Source of the DNA: an uncultured Candidatus Saccharibacteria bacterium | Lineage (GTDB): Bacteria; Patescibacteriota; Saccharimonadia; Saccharimonadales; UBA7683 | NCBI GenBank assembly: GCA_964541305.1 | Contig: CAZIPE010000001.1 | Span: forward strand, 12,138-76,137 | DNA: 64,000 nucleotides | Direction: 5' to 3' | Part shown: one piece after another, positions 46,260 to 55,309 of the stretch | Layout: each line of letters opens with the position of its first letter | How positions within the stretch are numbered: the first letter of the stretch is position 1 | Notes under the pieces: model-generated | The model's database searches: none | What the model saw: the letters and a program-made list of their open reading frames with translations, nothing else | Told to the model about the DNA's origin: nothing | Made by a program: the position numbers and the translations under genes

Positions 46260-47045
46260 TTATACGTTGCCAGTTATGCGTTTTACGATTGCTGTCGTTG
46301 AAAAGGTGCCCACAAGCTTATCGTGAAAATAGCTGTCGTTATCGATTCTAACTATCCTTGTTTCTTCAAGTCCTTGTTCTTCTGGTGCCAGAGATAATAT
46401 GTCATCAGACTCATGAAAAACTGACCATACATCTGGTTTCAGGTGTCTAGCAAGGGGTATCGTATCTTCGTGGTTGGTGCCCTTTAGTGAAACAGGATCA
46501 TGGATAGTGACTGCGTCTGCGATTGGCATAAATGTAGATTGGTTCGGTGTTTGATGCATGGCGGTTGCTACGCTTCGTGCTCGTGTTAACCACGAATATA
46601 TAGGTCGGGTGCTATTCCCTTTTTCAGGTTGGAAGCCCTTGCGTTTCATTACCCAATCATCCCCATCAACACTAACTACTAGCTTTAGTGTGCCACTACC
46701 GAGTACACGTTGTGCGGTTTCAATTTTCTCTTCTTCGCACATTGTATCCCACGCCGTTGGTCCGAACTCTTTCGTTACATGAAACGGGACTCCCTGTAGC
46801 TTAGTGTCCGCAAGATAACCCACGTGCGTAAGGTGCATTAGATCATAGCAACCACTAGTGAAAACAACTGTTTTATCATCAGACTTCCACTTACTGACTT
46901 GCTCGACTAGTAGCTCTGAAGAACCTTCTGTTGACAGAGGGTTAAACAGTCGATCGTCCCAAGGATTTCCAATTAGTTCCTGTATTTGAGGTACTGATGT
47001 GGTTTGATTATATACCCTGCCCTCTCTCACTCTTTCTTCACTCAT
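46260..47045 (-). CDS. Cytidyltransferase-like nucleotidyltransferase (RfaE domain II-like)
   Basis: VFTSGCYDLMHLTHVGYL (HxxH), LVVSVDGD, KG..RPI, LKPDVW, FSTTAIVKRI. Confidence 0.75.
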   Translation of the reverse strand: MSEERVREGRVYNQTTSVPQIQELIGNPWDDRLFNPLSTEGSSELLVEQVSKWKSDDKTVVFTSGCYDLMHLTHVGYLADTKLQGVPFHVTKEFGPTAWDTMCEEEKIETAQRVLGSGTLKLVVSVDGDDWVMKRKGFQPEKGNSTRPIYSWLTRARSVATAMHQTPNQSTFMPIADAVTIHDPVSLKGTNHEDTIPLARHLKPDVWSVFHESDDILSLAPEEQGLEETRIVRIDNDSYFHDKLVGTFSTTAIVKRITGNV

Positions 47046-47108
47046 GAATAGTATAGTATCACACTACCACTACGTGGACGCAAGTGGAAAGATAGAATCT
47101 GTTGTCAT

Positions 47109-48092
47109 CTAAACTTCGCTAGAAACGATTTTAACGCTTGGTCCCATAGTGGTTGTCATGGAAACACCCGTAATGTATCCACCCTTGATACTCGTTGGAC
47201 GAGCATCTTTGATACCCTTGAGTACTGCTTGTGTGTTTTCTGCTATCTGAACGGGTGTAAAGCTTACTTTCCCGACAGCTTGGTGAATGATTCCTTGTTT
47301 ATCAACACGGAACTCTACTTTACCGGCTTTAGCTTGCTTTACTGCATCTGCCACCTTAGTAGTAACAGTACCGCTCTTAGGGTTGGGCATTAAGCCTTTT
47401 GGCCCGAGTATTCGAGCGTATCTACCTAATTTTGCCATTAATTGAGGTGTTGCGATAAGTACATCAAAGTCGATGAGTTCTTTATCAAGCTGTTGCAAGA
47501 ACTCTTCCTCTCCAACAATATCTGCTCCAGCTTTTTTAGCAGCTTCGTGTTGATCTGCTGGTGCGAATACCGCCACCCGAAGTGTTTTACCTGTTCCGTG
47601 AGGCAGTACAACGGTTGCTCGGATGTTCTGGTCGGCCTGTCGTGGGTCAACATTAAGGTTGACATGGACTTCAATACTGGCGTCGAATTTAACGGTGCTC
47701 GTCTTGGGAAGTACTTCTGATGCCTCCTTGATACTGTATTCTTTTGAATTATCAAGAAGTTCGGCAGCTTTACGGTAACCTTTAGAGCGTCGTTCACTCT
47801 TCAAGCGAGTTTTTGGTGCAGGACCACGTTGAACTTCAGCAGATAGGTCTATCTCGCCCTTAGCTACTTGCTCCTTTCGTTCTTCTTTTTCAGCTAACTC
47901 TTCTGCTTCGTGTAGTGCTTTGGCGCTCCTTTTCCCAGCTTTAGCTACCTTTGTCGCATCTACTGATTCTGTTTTTTCTTCTACAGACGCTACAGTTGCG
48001 AGTGCTGCTTCAATTTCAGCAATGGTATTTTGATTAGATACGTCTAACTTTAGTTTCTTTGCTTGTTCTAATAGTTCTAACTTCTTTGCCAT
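47109..48092 (-). CDS. rplA: 50S ribosomal protein L1 with ~100-aa N-terminal extension
   Basis: KFDASIE, DQNIRATVVLPHGTGK, LGPKGLMPNPKSGTVT. Confidence 0.97.
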   Translation of the reverse strand: MAKKLELLEQAKKLKLDVSNQNTIAEIEAALATVASVEEKTESVDATKVAKAGKRSAKALHEAEELAEKEERKEQVAKGEIDLSAEVQRGPAPKTRLKSERRSKGYRKAAELLDNSKEYSIKEASEVLPKTSTVKFDASIEVHVNLNVDPRQADQNIRATVVLPHGTGKTLRVAVFAPADQHEAAKKAGADIVGEEEFLQQLDKELIDFDVLIATPQLMAKLGRYARILGPKGLMPNPKSGTVTTKVADAVKQAKAGKVEFRVDKQGIIHQAVGKVSFTPVQIAENTQAVLKGIKDARPTSIKGGYITGVSMTTTMGPSVKIVSSEV

Positions 48093-48135
48093 GGTGGCTC
48101 CTTTTCTCCCTCCTTAGCTTTATGCGCAGGAAGGT

Positions 48136-48165
48136 CGTGGTTCAAACGGCTTTCGGCCTCCCACG
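48136..48165 (-). promoter_or_regulatory. Putative L1-binding leader upstream of rplA
   Basis: CGUGGGAGGCCGAAAGCCGUUUGAACCACG: GUGG/CCAC stem with GGAG-type internal loop, resembling L1 operator sites between rplK and rplA. Confidence 0.6.
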
Positions 48166-48176
48166 TAGATTATTTG

Positions 48177-48413
48177 TTAACTTTCAACTTCTGGGTACTT
48201 GTTGTCTACAACAGCTTCTCGGTGTCTTACTTCAAGCGTTTGAACTTCGACTTCTGCCTTGTCGACAAATCTACGAAGACTCTCTACGCGAGGTCCGTGA
48301 GGGTGCTCAAGAGCAAGCTCGTTTGCCAGAACAACTGCTCCGTACTTAAAGCGTACATTCGGGTTGTTGAAGTATCCTTCAGGAACAAACAAGTCACGTG
48401 ATGTTTCAGACAT
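48177..48413 (-). CDS. Hypothetical protein inserted between rplK and rplA
   Basis: 78-aa ORF starting 2 nt after the rplK stop. Confidence 0.5.
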   Translation of the reverse strand: MSETSRDLFVPEGYFNNPNVRFKYGAVVLANELALEHPHGPRVESLRRFVDKAEVEVQTLEVRHREAVVDNKYPEVES

Positions 48414-48415
48414 GA

Positions 48416-48841
48416 TTAGCTCTCAATCTCCACACCCATTGAACGAGCGGTGCCTGCGATTACTTTTTTAGCTGCTTCAATATCGTTTGCGTTGAGGTAA
48501 CTCATCTTTTTCTCGGCAATTTCTGTCAGCTGAGCATCGGTGAGCTTACCCACTTTTTCTTTGTGAGGCACACCCGAGCCTTTTTTAATCCCGGCAGCTT
48601 TTCGTATTAAGTCGTCAGCAGGTTCGCCAATAACATCAAATTCGAAGGTACGATCATCAAAAATACGAAGATGTACAATAACATCACTTCCCATCATATC
48701 TTTCGTTTGTTCGTTAAACGGATTAATAAAATCCATCATATTAAGACCGTACTGACCAAGCGTCGAACCTACGGGAGGTCCAGCACTTGCTTTGCCAGCA
48801 GGAATACGAAGTTTTAAATTCGCAGTAATTTTCTTAGCCAT
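48416..48841 (-). CDS. rplK: 50S ribosomal protein L11
   Basis: IPAGKASAGPPVG..LGQYG, IAGTARSMG. Confidence 0.97.
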   Translation of the reverse strand: MAKKITANLKLRIPAGKASAGPPVGSTLGQYGLNMMDFINPFNEQTKDMMGSDVIVHLRIFDDRTFEFDVIGEPADDLIRKAAGIKKGSGVPHKEKVGKLTDAQLTEIAEKKMSYLNANDIEAAKKVIAGTARSMGVEIES

Positions 48842-48969
48842 AAAAACCTTTCAAGAAATACGTTTTTCCAATTTATAACAAAACAAATAGATTTCAATTT
48901 TCGAAGTTCACAATTTCGAAACAAGAAATGTAAGTGCGTAACAGATAGATTATAGCAAAATCATAGCTA

Positions 48970-49419
48970 TTAAACAATAGGTTTTCTAACGGTGCTAACC
49001 AGGGCAGATTGTGCTATTGCTACTTCACTCTCTTCGGGCGCTAGGGTTGACGCCCAGGCAATTGCTTCACCATCTAAATCGGAGGCAATGAGCTGTACCA
49101 GGACTCCAAAATCATCAGCAGCTCTTGCTGACATTACTTCCTCAAGTAGATCGTCTGGCTCATCCTCCCACAACGGGAATATGGTCGACCGATCATCCCA
49201 GGATACTACCGCTGCGACATCTACAGCTTCTCTTAGCAATGTGAAGAACTCACCCTGTATCCTATCAGCTTCGTCAGCTAATCGATCCGCTACTATTCTC
49301 GCTACAAGAGCACGTTTAATTGCTGTGCGTACCTCAGACGTAAATTCCGTCCCTTCTGGCATAAGGGTTACGCCGACAATTTCGTCGGCATCTGTACGGA
49401 GTATTCGCTCACCATCCAT
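48970..49419 (-). CDS. Hypothetical protein between nusG and rplK
   Basis: 149-aa acidic ORF starting 9 nt after the nusG stop. Confidence 0.5.
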   Translation of the reverse strand: MDGERILRTDADEIVGVTLMPEGTEFTSEVRTAIKRALVARIVADRLADEADRIQGEFFTLLREAVDVAAVVSWDDRSTIFPLWEDEPDDLLEEVMSARAADDFGVLVQLIASDLDGEAIAWASTLAPEESEVAIAQSALVSTVRKPIV

Positions 49420-49428
49420 CTGATGTTG

Positions 49429-49971
49429 CTACACCTTCTTAACTTGCAGGGCATCGAGTTCAACGGGGGTTTCACGACCGAACATGCTTACGAGTACTTT
49501 AAGCTTGCCTTTAGCGGCGTCAATTTCGTTGATAGCACCGTCGAAGCCTTTGAATGGGCCATCTATGATATTTACGACCTCACCAACACGGAAGTCAATT
49601 TTATGCTTAGGGTCTTCAGCACCCATCCGCTTCATAATTTTGCTCATCTCATCATCTTCAACCGGGCTAGGATCAGTTCCTGAGCCAACGAAACCGGTCA
49701 CATTCGGTGTGTTTCGAACAATATACCAGGCATCTTCGCTCATTTTCATTTGTACGAGTACGTAACCTTGAAAAATCTTCTTCTCTACTACTTTTCGCTT
49801 ACCATTTTTAATTTCAATCTGCTTTTCTTTCGGCACAACTACATCGTAGATTTTATCGGCCATATCAAGACTGTCAGCACGCTGTTTAATGCTTTCCGCT
49901 ACTTTCTCCTCATAACCTGAGTAGGTATGAATTGCGTACCACTGTTTACTTGAATCGTATCGTTTGCTCAT
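49429..49971 (-). CDS. nusG: Transcription termination/antitermination factor NusG
   Basis: WYAIHTYSGYE, FQGYVLV, VRNTPNVTGFVG, GPFKGF, MFGRETPVEL. Confidence 0.98.
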   Translation of the reverse strand: MSKRYDSSKQWYAIHTYSGYEEKVAESIKQRADSLDMADKIYDVVVPKEKQIEIKNGKRKVVEKKIFQGYVLVQMKMSEDAWYIVRNTPNVTGFVGSGTDPSPVEDDEMSKIMKRMGAEDPKHKIDFRVGEVVNIIDGPFKGFDGAINEIDAAKGKLKVLVSMFGRETPVELDALQVKKV

Positions 49972-49987
49972 CTTCTTATAACTCCGT

Positions 49988-50296
49988 TTACTTTAGAAAT
50001 ATCTGTTTAGCTAACTTTTCAAAACCAATGTCGATTGCGGCAGTGAACAAGGCAAATACGAGAGAGAAAGCAACAACAATAAACGTAAGTTTCCAGGCGG
50101 TTTTACGACTCGGCCACTGTACTTTCCGCACTTCACGCCATGAATTGATAAAGTATCCTCGAAACGGAGACCGTAGAATATACTTACGCAGAAACTTCCA
50201 TATTTTGGTTCTGCGAATTGGTGCAGTAACTTTTGCAAAAAAAGTCTTAATCTTTGCAAAAATGTTCTGGAAGGCTAATTTGATTCGTTTCTTCAT
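49988..50296 (-). CDS. secE: Preprotein translocase SecE
   Basis: EVRKVQWPSRK followed by one TM; directly upstream of nusG. Confidence 0.9.
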   Translation of the reverse strand: MKKRIKLAFQNIFAKIKTFFAKVTAPIRRTKIWKFLRKYILRSPFRGYFINSWREVRKVQWPSRKTAWKLTFIVVAFSLVFALFTAAIDIGFEKLAKQIFLK

Positions 50297-50406
50297 TATT
50301 CCTCTATCTTGCAGTTCTTATTATAAAATTCTCTCAAATTAAAAAGAGCTTTATCAGCTCGTCAAGTCAATACTACCACATCGCAGTAATGAATTCAATA
50401 TGAGTA

Positions 50407-52053
50407 TCACTTCTTTTCCTTCTTGAGCGAAGGCACCGTAATAGTGAAGGTTGAACCCTTGTTAAGCTGGCTTTCTACTGTTATGACCGCTTTCAGTCGA
50501 TGCGCGAGCTTAGAAGTGACGTATAATCCGAGTCCTGTACCGCTTGATTCTCTCGTGCGGTAGTCTTCGCTACGGAAGAACTTTTCGAATATCTTTTTCT
50601 GATCTGATGTTGAAAGTCCAATACCAGTATCAGCTACTGAAAAGACGGCATTACCCTGAGGATCACTACGAACATGCACCATGATTGAGCCTTGTTTGGT
50701 GTATTTAATAGAATTAGTCACAAAGTTTTGTAAAATTTCACCAAGATATAGCTCAGATGTGTATATCTTTTTCAGGTGTGGCGCTGCGTGAACGATAAAC
50801 TTCAACTTTTTAACTTGTGCTTGCGGAGCGTAATCTCGAGCAATAGCATCAAGTACTTTTTGCGGATCAACATCGCCAAATTCAATGGGCTTATCAGTTC
50901 GCTCAGCACGCGAGAGGGTGGCAAGGTCATTTATCATGCTCGCAAGAAAGAGAATTTTATCGTGTGCCTGATTGAGTGATTCCATTGAGCTTTTTGGGGC
51001 GTGTTCTTTAGTGTTCATGAAGATAGCATTACTAATATTACCTTCAGCTATGGCAACAGGCGTACGGAGTTCATGACTTACTACACTAATAAATTCATCA
51101 CGCTCTTCTTCGAGCGATTTTTCACGCGTAATGTCTCTCATGATGAGAATGTAGCCACTTTGTGTTTTTTCTTTAAAACCAAGTCGAATAGGTGTGATAT
51201 TTAAGTATAGCGAAATAGCATCTTTCGCATTGAAATGGTGTTTGTAGGAGGTAGAACTCATACCATTGGGTGATTTCTTTAGTATTTTCAGTACATCAGC
51301 ATGCTTATGTTTTTGATCGTACAGATTGAGAATTTTGGTGATTGATTTACCCTCCAACGTCTCGTTAGTGTCCAGCAGCTCGAGTGTTGCACCGTTATAA
51401 AGAAGTACTTTGCCTTTTTCATCGGTGGCAATCACGCCATCACCCATGTTATTAATTAGCGAAAGCAAACGGTGTCGTTCGAACGATGTTTGCCGGGATG
51501 TCGAATCGAGAAGTTGACGCTCGCTATCTGACACTTGTCGATATTTTGATACTTGTAGTGCAACCAGCAGGGTGCCCGCTACATACGTCAGAGCAATAAC
51601 AATGTTTGAAGTGCTAACCTCAACACCCGATTGTATAAATATCGCGGTGTACACGACACCGTAATATGCCATGCTAATTTTCTGCCACCGTGCCCCAAAT
51701 AATACGTCGACAGCTACTAGCAGAACTATCCACAGAAATGCGAATGGTGATGGGTACGGTACTACGAAGACGGCAAGGAGCGTAAGTCCAATGTGATAGC
51801 CTACGTACATTATCGCAAGCCTGGTTTTTGATGGCTTTTTCCGCAGTAGTAACTGTAGAATTGCTGAGATGAGCACGATAGTAACTACGCCAGTATAGGC
51901 GTTTCGTGCGAACGTACCAGATTGAAAGAAGGTAGGATCTGCGAACCACAAAATTGATGCCAGCAGTGTACTCAGCGCCACGGGAATGAAAAGTCCGTGT
52001 AGCACATTTATATTCTGAATTCGCTGCTCAAATTTAGAGATTGCATTACCCAT
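50407..52053 (-). CDS. Membrane PAS-domain sensor histidine kinase (canonical)
   Basis: About 6 TM, PAS (MGDGVIATD), VSHELRTP, NSIKYT, DTGIG, GTGLGLY. Confidence 0.93.
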   Translation of the reverse strand: MGNAISKFEQRIQNINVLHGLFIPVALSTLLASILWFADPTFFQSGTFARNAYTGVVTIVLISAILQLLLRKKPSKTRLAIMYVGYHIGLTLLAVFVVPYPSPFAFLWIVLLVAVDVLFGARWQKISMAYYGVVYTAIFIQSGVEVSTSNIVIALTYVAGTLLVALQVSKYRQVSDSERQLLDSTSRQTSFERHRLLSLINNMGDGVIATDEKGKVLLYNGATLELLDTNETLEGKSITKILNLYDQKHKHADVLKILKKSPNGMSSTSYKHHFNAKDAISLYLNITPIRLGFKEKTQSGYILIMRDITREKSLEEERDEFISVVSHELRTPVAIAEGNISNAIFMNTKEHAPKSSMESLNQAHDKILFLASMINDLATLSRAERTDKPIEFGDVDPQKVLDAIARDYAPQAQVKKLKFIVHAAPHLKKIYTSELYLGEILQNFVTNSIKYTKQGSIMVHVRSDPQGNAVFSVADTGIGLSTSDQKKIFEKFFRSEDYRTRESSGTGLGLYVTSKLAHRLKAVITVESQLNKGSTFTITVPSLKKEKK

Positions 52054-52092
52054 TCACTTAATTATGCCCTATTGGTGGCGGTAAGGTAAAGC

Positions 52093-52791
52093 TTATGCTT
52101 CAAGGTTCAGGTAGGGGCGGTGGGTTTTGAGTTCTTTTCTGAGTTGTTTGTAGTTTGGAATCATTGTTTCTAGTTCGAGCCAGAAGTCTGGTTGGTGGTG
52201 TTGGTGGTGCAGGTGTGTCAGTTCGTGAGAAATAACATAATCTATTAGTTCATCAGAAAGTTGCATAAGCCAAATATTCAGATTAATTATTCCGTTTGAT
52301 GAGCAACTTCCCCATCTTGTTTTGAGTGCTTTGCAACGAACATCCCTGTACGTGTAGCCACGTTCCTGTGCAATTTCATACATTCGACTTGGCAAATATG
52401 CTTCTGCCTGTCGTCGCATCGCCCGTGTACAAGCTTTTAGTGCTTCGGCTTGAACTTCGGTGGACTCAACAGCAAGAGGTGCGGGTACAGTAACCACTAT
52501 CGAATATTTCCCTACTCTGCTGGACAGTTTTTTACCACGCTTGAACTCTACGGTATGATTTTGTCCAATACGCGCACCGGCTTTAATAATCGTTTCAGGC
52601 GAGCGCTTGATGTGATCCATCAGCCACTGCTTGTTTTTTGTGGCGTATAGTCTACCGTAACCATAAGGTACGTGGCGTGGGATGGTGATGCGTGGGGTGC
52701 CATCATGACGAATTGAAAGTATTACGCGTTTCGCACGTGCAGATTTTTTAATTTCAATCTCACCCACTCCTTCGAGTGTGAAGCTGTGCAT
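52093..52791 (-). CDS. YgjP/M48-like (DUF45) metal-dependent hydrolase
   Basis: RWGSCS, DYVISHELTHL (HExxH); start moved to ATG 52791. Confidence 0.88.
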   Translation of the reverse strand: MHSFTLEGVGEIEIKKSARAKRVILSIRHDGTPRITIPRHVPYGYGRLYATKNKQWLMDHIKRSPETIIKAGARIGQNHTVEFKRGKKLSSRVGKYSIVVTVPAPLAVESTEVQAEALKACTRAMRRQAEAYLPSRMYEIAQERGYTYRDVRCKALKTRWGSCSSNGIINLNIWLMQLSDELIDYVISHELTHLHHQHHQPDFWLELETMIPNYKQLRKELKTHRPYLNLEA

Positions 52792-52792
52792 G

Positions 52793-53416
52793 TTACTGAA
52801 TGACTCGTTTGCTCGAAAGCGGTCTCTGGGTGGCGCTGGCAGGAGGGGTCTCAAGAGAAAGTGCCGCGGTATACATGTCGGCAATTTTTCGAAGTACGGT
52901 CAGGTTCTGACCCTTGAAGGCGTTTTTTCCGCTTATAACAATCGATACTTCTTTTTCGGAAGGGCGTTGAAGTGAAGCTTGCAAACGTTGCATAGTTTTA
53001 CTATCAATATTGAAAGAATACTTGCTATCAAGGTTCCTTCTATCACGTTGACTCGCTCGATGCGCAGCCGTTCTGGCATCTGTTTGAACCCATACCGTGA
53101 GCGTGCGATACCCATTATTCCTAGCCAGAGTATACAGCGCTGTGCGGTGCGCCAGTGTTGAATAGCTACCGTCGCATACAATTGGTGACTTCGTCTTCAT
53201 GGCCTGCTCAAGACTGTAACGCAGTACGCTACCTATAATTTCTTGCTCGTCCGTATTGAATAACGGCTTTTCAAAGAGTTCATAGCGAAATCTATCTTCG
53301 CTGATACATGGCAAACTGTACAAATCTGCAAACTGACGCGCGAAGAAGGTCTTCCCTGCTCCCGGATACCCCATAGTGATGATTAAAAGCGGTGGTGTCA
53401 GCTGTAACTGCTTCAT
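52793..53416 (-). CDS. AAA_33-like P-loop kinase
   Basis: GYPGAGKTFFA, ISEDRFR, VCDG; start moved to ATG 53416. Confidence 0.8.
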   Translation of the reverse strand: MKQLQLTPPLLIITMGYPGAGKTFFARQFADLYSLPCISEDRFRYELFEKPLFNTDEQEIIGSVLRYSLEQAMKTKSPIVCDGSYSTLAHRTALYTLARNNGYRTLTVWVQTDARTAAHRASQRDRRNLDSKYSFNIDSKTMQRLQASLQRPSEKEVSIVISGKNAFKGQNLTVLRKIADMYTAALSLETPPASATQRPLSSKRVIQ

Positions 53417-53536
53417 AAGTTCTGTAAACAATACTATAGCACGTTTCACCAAAGCCTGCGACGTCCTCTCAGATTGCAAGGGTAGAATTTCAACCTACTA
53501 ACTGCTACAATTTCTGCGGTACATTAACTACATTAT

Positions 53537-53611
53537 AGGGGCATAGTACAACGGTTAGTATAAGGGTCTCCAAAACCCTAGATCGTGGTTCGATTCCACG
53601 TGCCCCTGCCA
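53537..53611 (+). tRNA. tRNA-Trp(CCA)
   Basis: AGGGGCA/TGCCCCT acceptor stem, AGGGT-CT-CCA-AA-ACCCT anticodon arm, GGTTCGATTCC, encoded CCA end. Confidence 0.96.
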
Positions 53612-53667
53612 AGCATAAGCACTATAAACAGAAAGAAGCTTCACAGTTTCTTTTTTATAATTGTTGC

Positions 53668-54081
53668 TTGAATTTTATGTGTGATTTTGTCAGATTGATA
53701 CGTATGGGTAGTGAATATCGTGAAAAGATTATGAATGCAGATTTGTGCGAAAAGTGTCCAGCTAGACACGGAGAGGTGTTTACTGCAAAACTTCGTGGCT
53801 CTTCTTTTCGTGGGAGACTAATCAGAGACGGCGAAGAGTTTACAATTGATAATTGCATTATTGCCGTTAGAGATTTTCTTATTGCTAATGTACAGATAGC
53901 CAATATCGATATGGCGTCTGCTGAGCAAGATGCTGAGGTGCTCACAAGTATCTTCGAAACGAGTATAGATGGGTGTCAAGGTCCAGCAGAAGTCGCTACT
54001 GGACAAGGAATAGGTATGTTCTGCACACCAATCAATAAAGCTACTGACGACTTTATAGATGTAAACTACGACCAGCAGTAG
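53668..54081 (+). CDS. Hypothetical protein (Cys-containing)
   Basis: 137-aa ORF with CEKC; true start may be downstream. Confidence 0.45.
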   Translation: MNFMCDFVRLIRMGSEYREKIMNADLCEKCPARHGEVFTAKLRGSSFRGRLIRDGEEFTIDNCIIAVRDFLIANVQIANIDMASAEQDAEVLTSIFETSIDGCQGPAEVATGQGIGMFCTPINKATDDFIDVNYDQQ

Positions 54082-54148
54082 CTATTATTAAAGTTCTAAC
54101 CTGACCAATTATTCCCTGCCAAACTAAAGAATAGCTTGATCGATTATT

Positions 54149-54299
54149 AAAAGAAGAGACGCATTACGCGTCCCTTCTAACTAGGGAAGGCTTGCACCCA
54201 CAGATGTGATCTACTAACTAACAAACTATCTACCGTAACTTACTAACTCGAATGATCACATATACTGAGAACAAAGTGCTGTATCACTTGGTCTTCCGT
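54149..54299 (-). ncRNA. Candidate ~150-nt non-coding RNA
   Basis: TTGACG(54333-54328)-17-TATATT(54310-54305) promoter; stems GGAAG/CUUCC and AUGUGAUC/GAUCACAU; terminator GAAGGGACGC-GUAAU-GCGUCUCUUC-UUUU; no ORF. Confidence 0.55.
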
Positions 54300-54381
54300 G
54301 TAATAATATATCAAAGGTAAAAAGCAACGTCAACAAATATTTGTAGTATTATTTATAACAAAAAAAGGATGCTAAAATTTA

Positions 54382-54585
54382 CTAGTGTTTCTTAGGTTTA
54401 ACTTCGTTACGTCCAAGATTCTTCTTTGTTTCAGTAAAAACTTCAGTGCGCTTTAGTCGAGGATTGTATTTCTTAAGACTTAATTTATCAGGAGTATTCA
54501 TGGTGTTCTTTCGCGTATAATACAAGCGATCACCACTTTCTTCACCAACCATACCAACAATTACTCGTTTAGTGTTCTTTGCCAT
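54382..54585 (-). CDS. rpmG: 50S ribosomal protein L33 (Cys-free type)
   Basis: YYTRKN...PDKLSLKKYNP....EVFTETK. Confidence 0.92.
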   Translation of the reverse strand: MAKNTKRVIVGMVGEESGDRLYYTRKNTMNTPDKLSLKKYNPRLKRTEVFTETKKNLGRNEVKPKKH

Positions 54586-54587
54586 TA

Positions 54588-54845
54588 CTATATGTTATCA
54601 GATGAAGCGCTATCTCGCAACACTTCAACAGGAAGCTCTTCAGCACATTGGTTCTTTAAAACAATATTTCCAATACATCCAACAGCAACGACTGCAAATC
54701 CCTTGAGCCCTTCTGCTTGAGAACCGTTAGTCATTAATTCAGCGCCTATAGCTGTTACTCCCAACGCGGTAGTTGTATCAGCTAAAACTTTTAGAGGTAG
54801 TACCTTTTCATATCTGTTGACATATCTACTAAGTGATTTAATCAT
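54588..54845 (-). CDS. Small membrane hypothetical protein upstream of rpmG
   Basis: Two hydrophobic segments; TATAGT 6 nt before ATG 54845; stop 2 nt before the rpmG start. Confidence 0.45.
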   Translation of the reverse strand: MIKSLSRYVNRYEKVLPLKVLADTTTALGVTAIGAELMTNGSQAEGLKGFAVVAVGCIGNIVLKNQCAEELPVEVLRDSASSDNI

Positions 54846-54887
54846 GAACACACTATAACACACTTACACTAATAGTGTCAATAGTTA

Positions 54888-54941
54888 TGGATTCGTCGTC
54901 GAGATTTGAACTCGAACCCCTTCCTGACAATGGCAGTACTC
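54888..54941 (-). pseudogene. Degenerate 3' fragment of tRNA-Thr(GGT), probable att-site scar
   Basis: Aligns to 56126-56180 with 6 mismatches and 1 gap, including 22 identical bp CGTCGTCGAGATTTGAACTCGA. Confidence 0.8.
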
Positions 54942-55063
54942 AAGCTATATATCAATACATCAGACCGATGTTTCCATATATGTTACTACGAACTATGTAT
55001 TGTAAGGCTCAAGTTCTAACTTGCAGAAATATATGTCGTAAAACAATGTTGTATACTATCGCT

Positions 55064-55309
55064 ATGATTAACCCTGAGGAAGCGGAGCACTTACGAGAGT
55101 ACAGAGTTCGACCAGATACAATATTGGAGCGTGTACTCGACTCTATAACACCCCCGCTACTGGGATTGGTAGGTGCTGTGGCCTTAGACTTTATACTTGA
55201 CTCACCGTTTGATACTGGCAGTGCTGCTATCTTGGGCGGTACAGCAGGATTTATACACCTTTTTCAAAGAAAAGATTACGAGATAGTAGATAGCCCACCG
55301 AAGCAATAA
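55064..55309 (+). CDS. Small 2-TM hypothetical protein (81 aa)
   Basis: TATACT 6 nt before ATG 55064; PPLLGLVGAVALDF / AAILGGTAGFIHLF helices. Confidence 0.55.
   Translation: MINPEEAEHLREYRVRPDTILERVLDSITPPLLGLVGAVALDFILDSPFDTGSAAILGGTAGFIHLFQRKDYEIVDSPPKQ

Noticed and set aside
54149-54299. SRP RNA or tmRNA identity for the ncRNA candidate
   Set aside because: No SRP domain IV motif (CAGG-GNRA-AGCA) and no tRNA-like ends or tag ORF.
54875-55063. N-terminal part of the 144-aa ORF 54875..55309
   Set aside because: Runs through the tRNA-Thr scar; a better start with a -10 box is at 55064.
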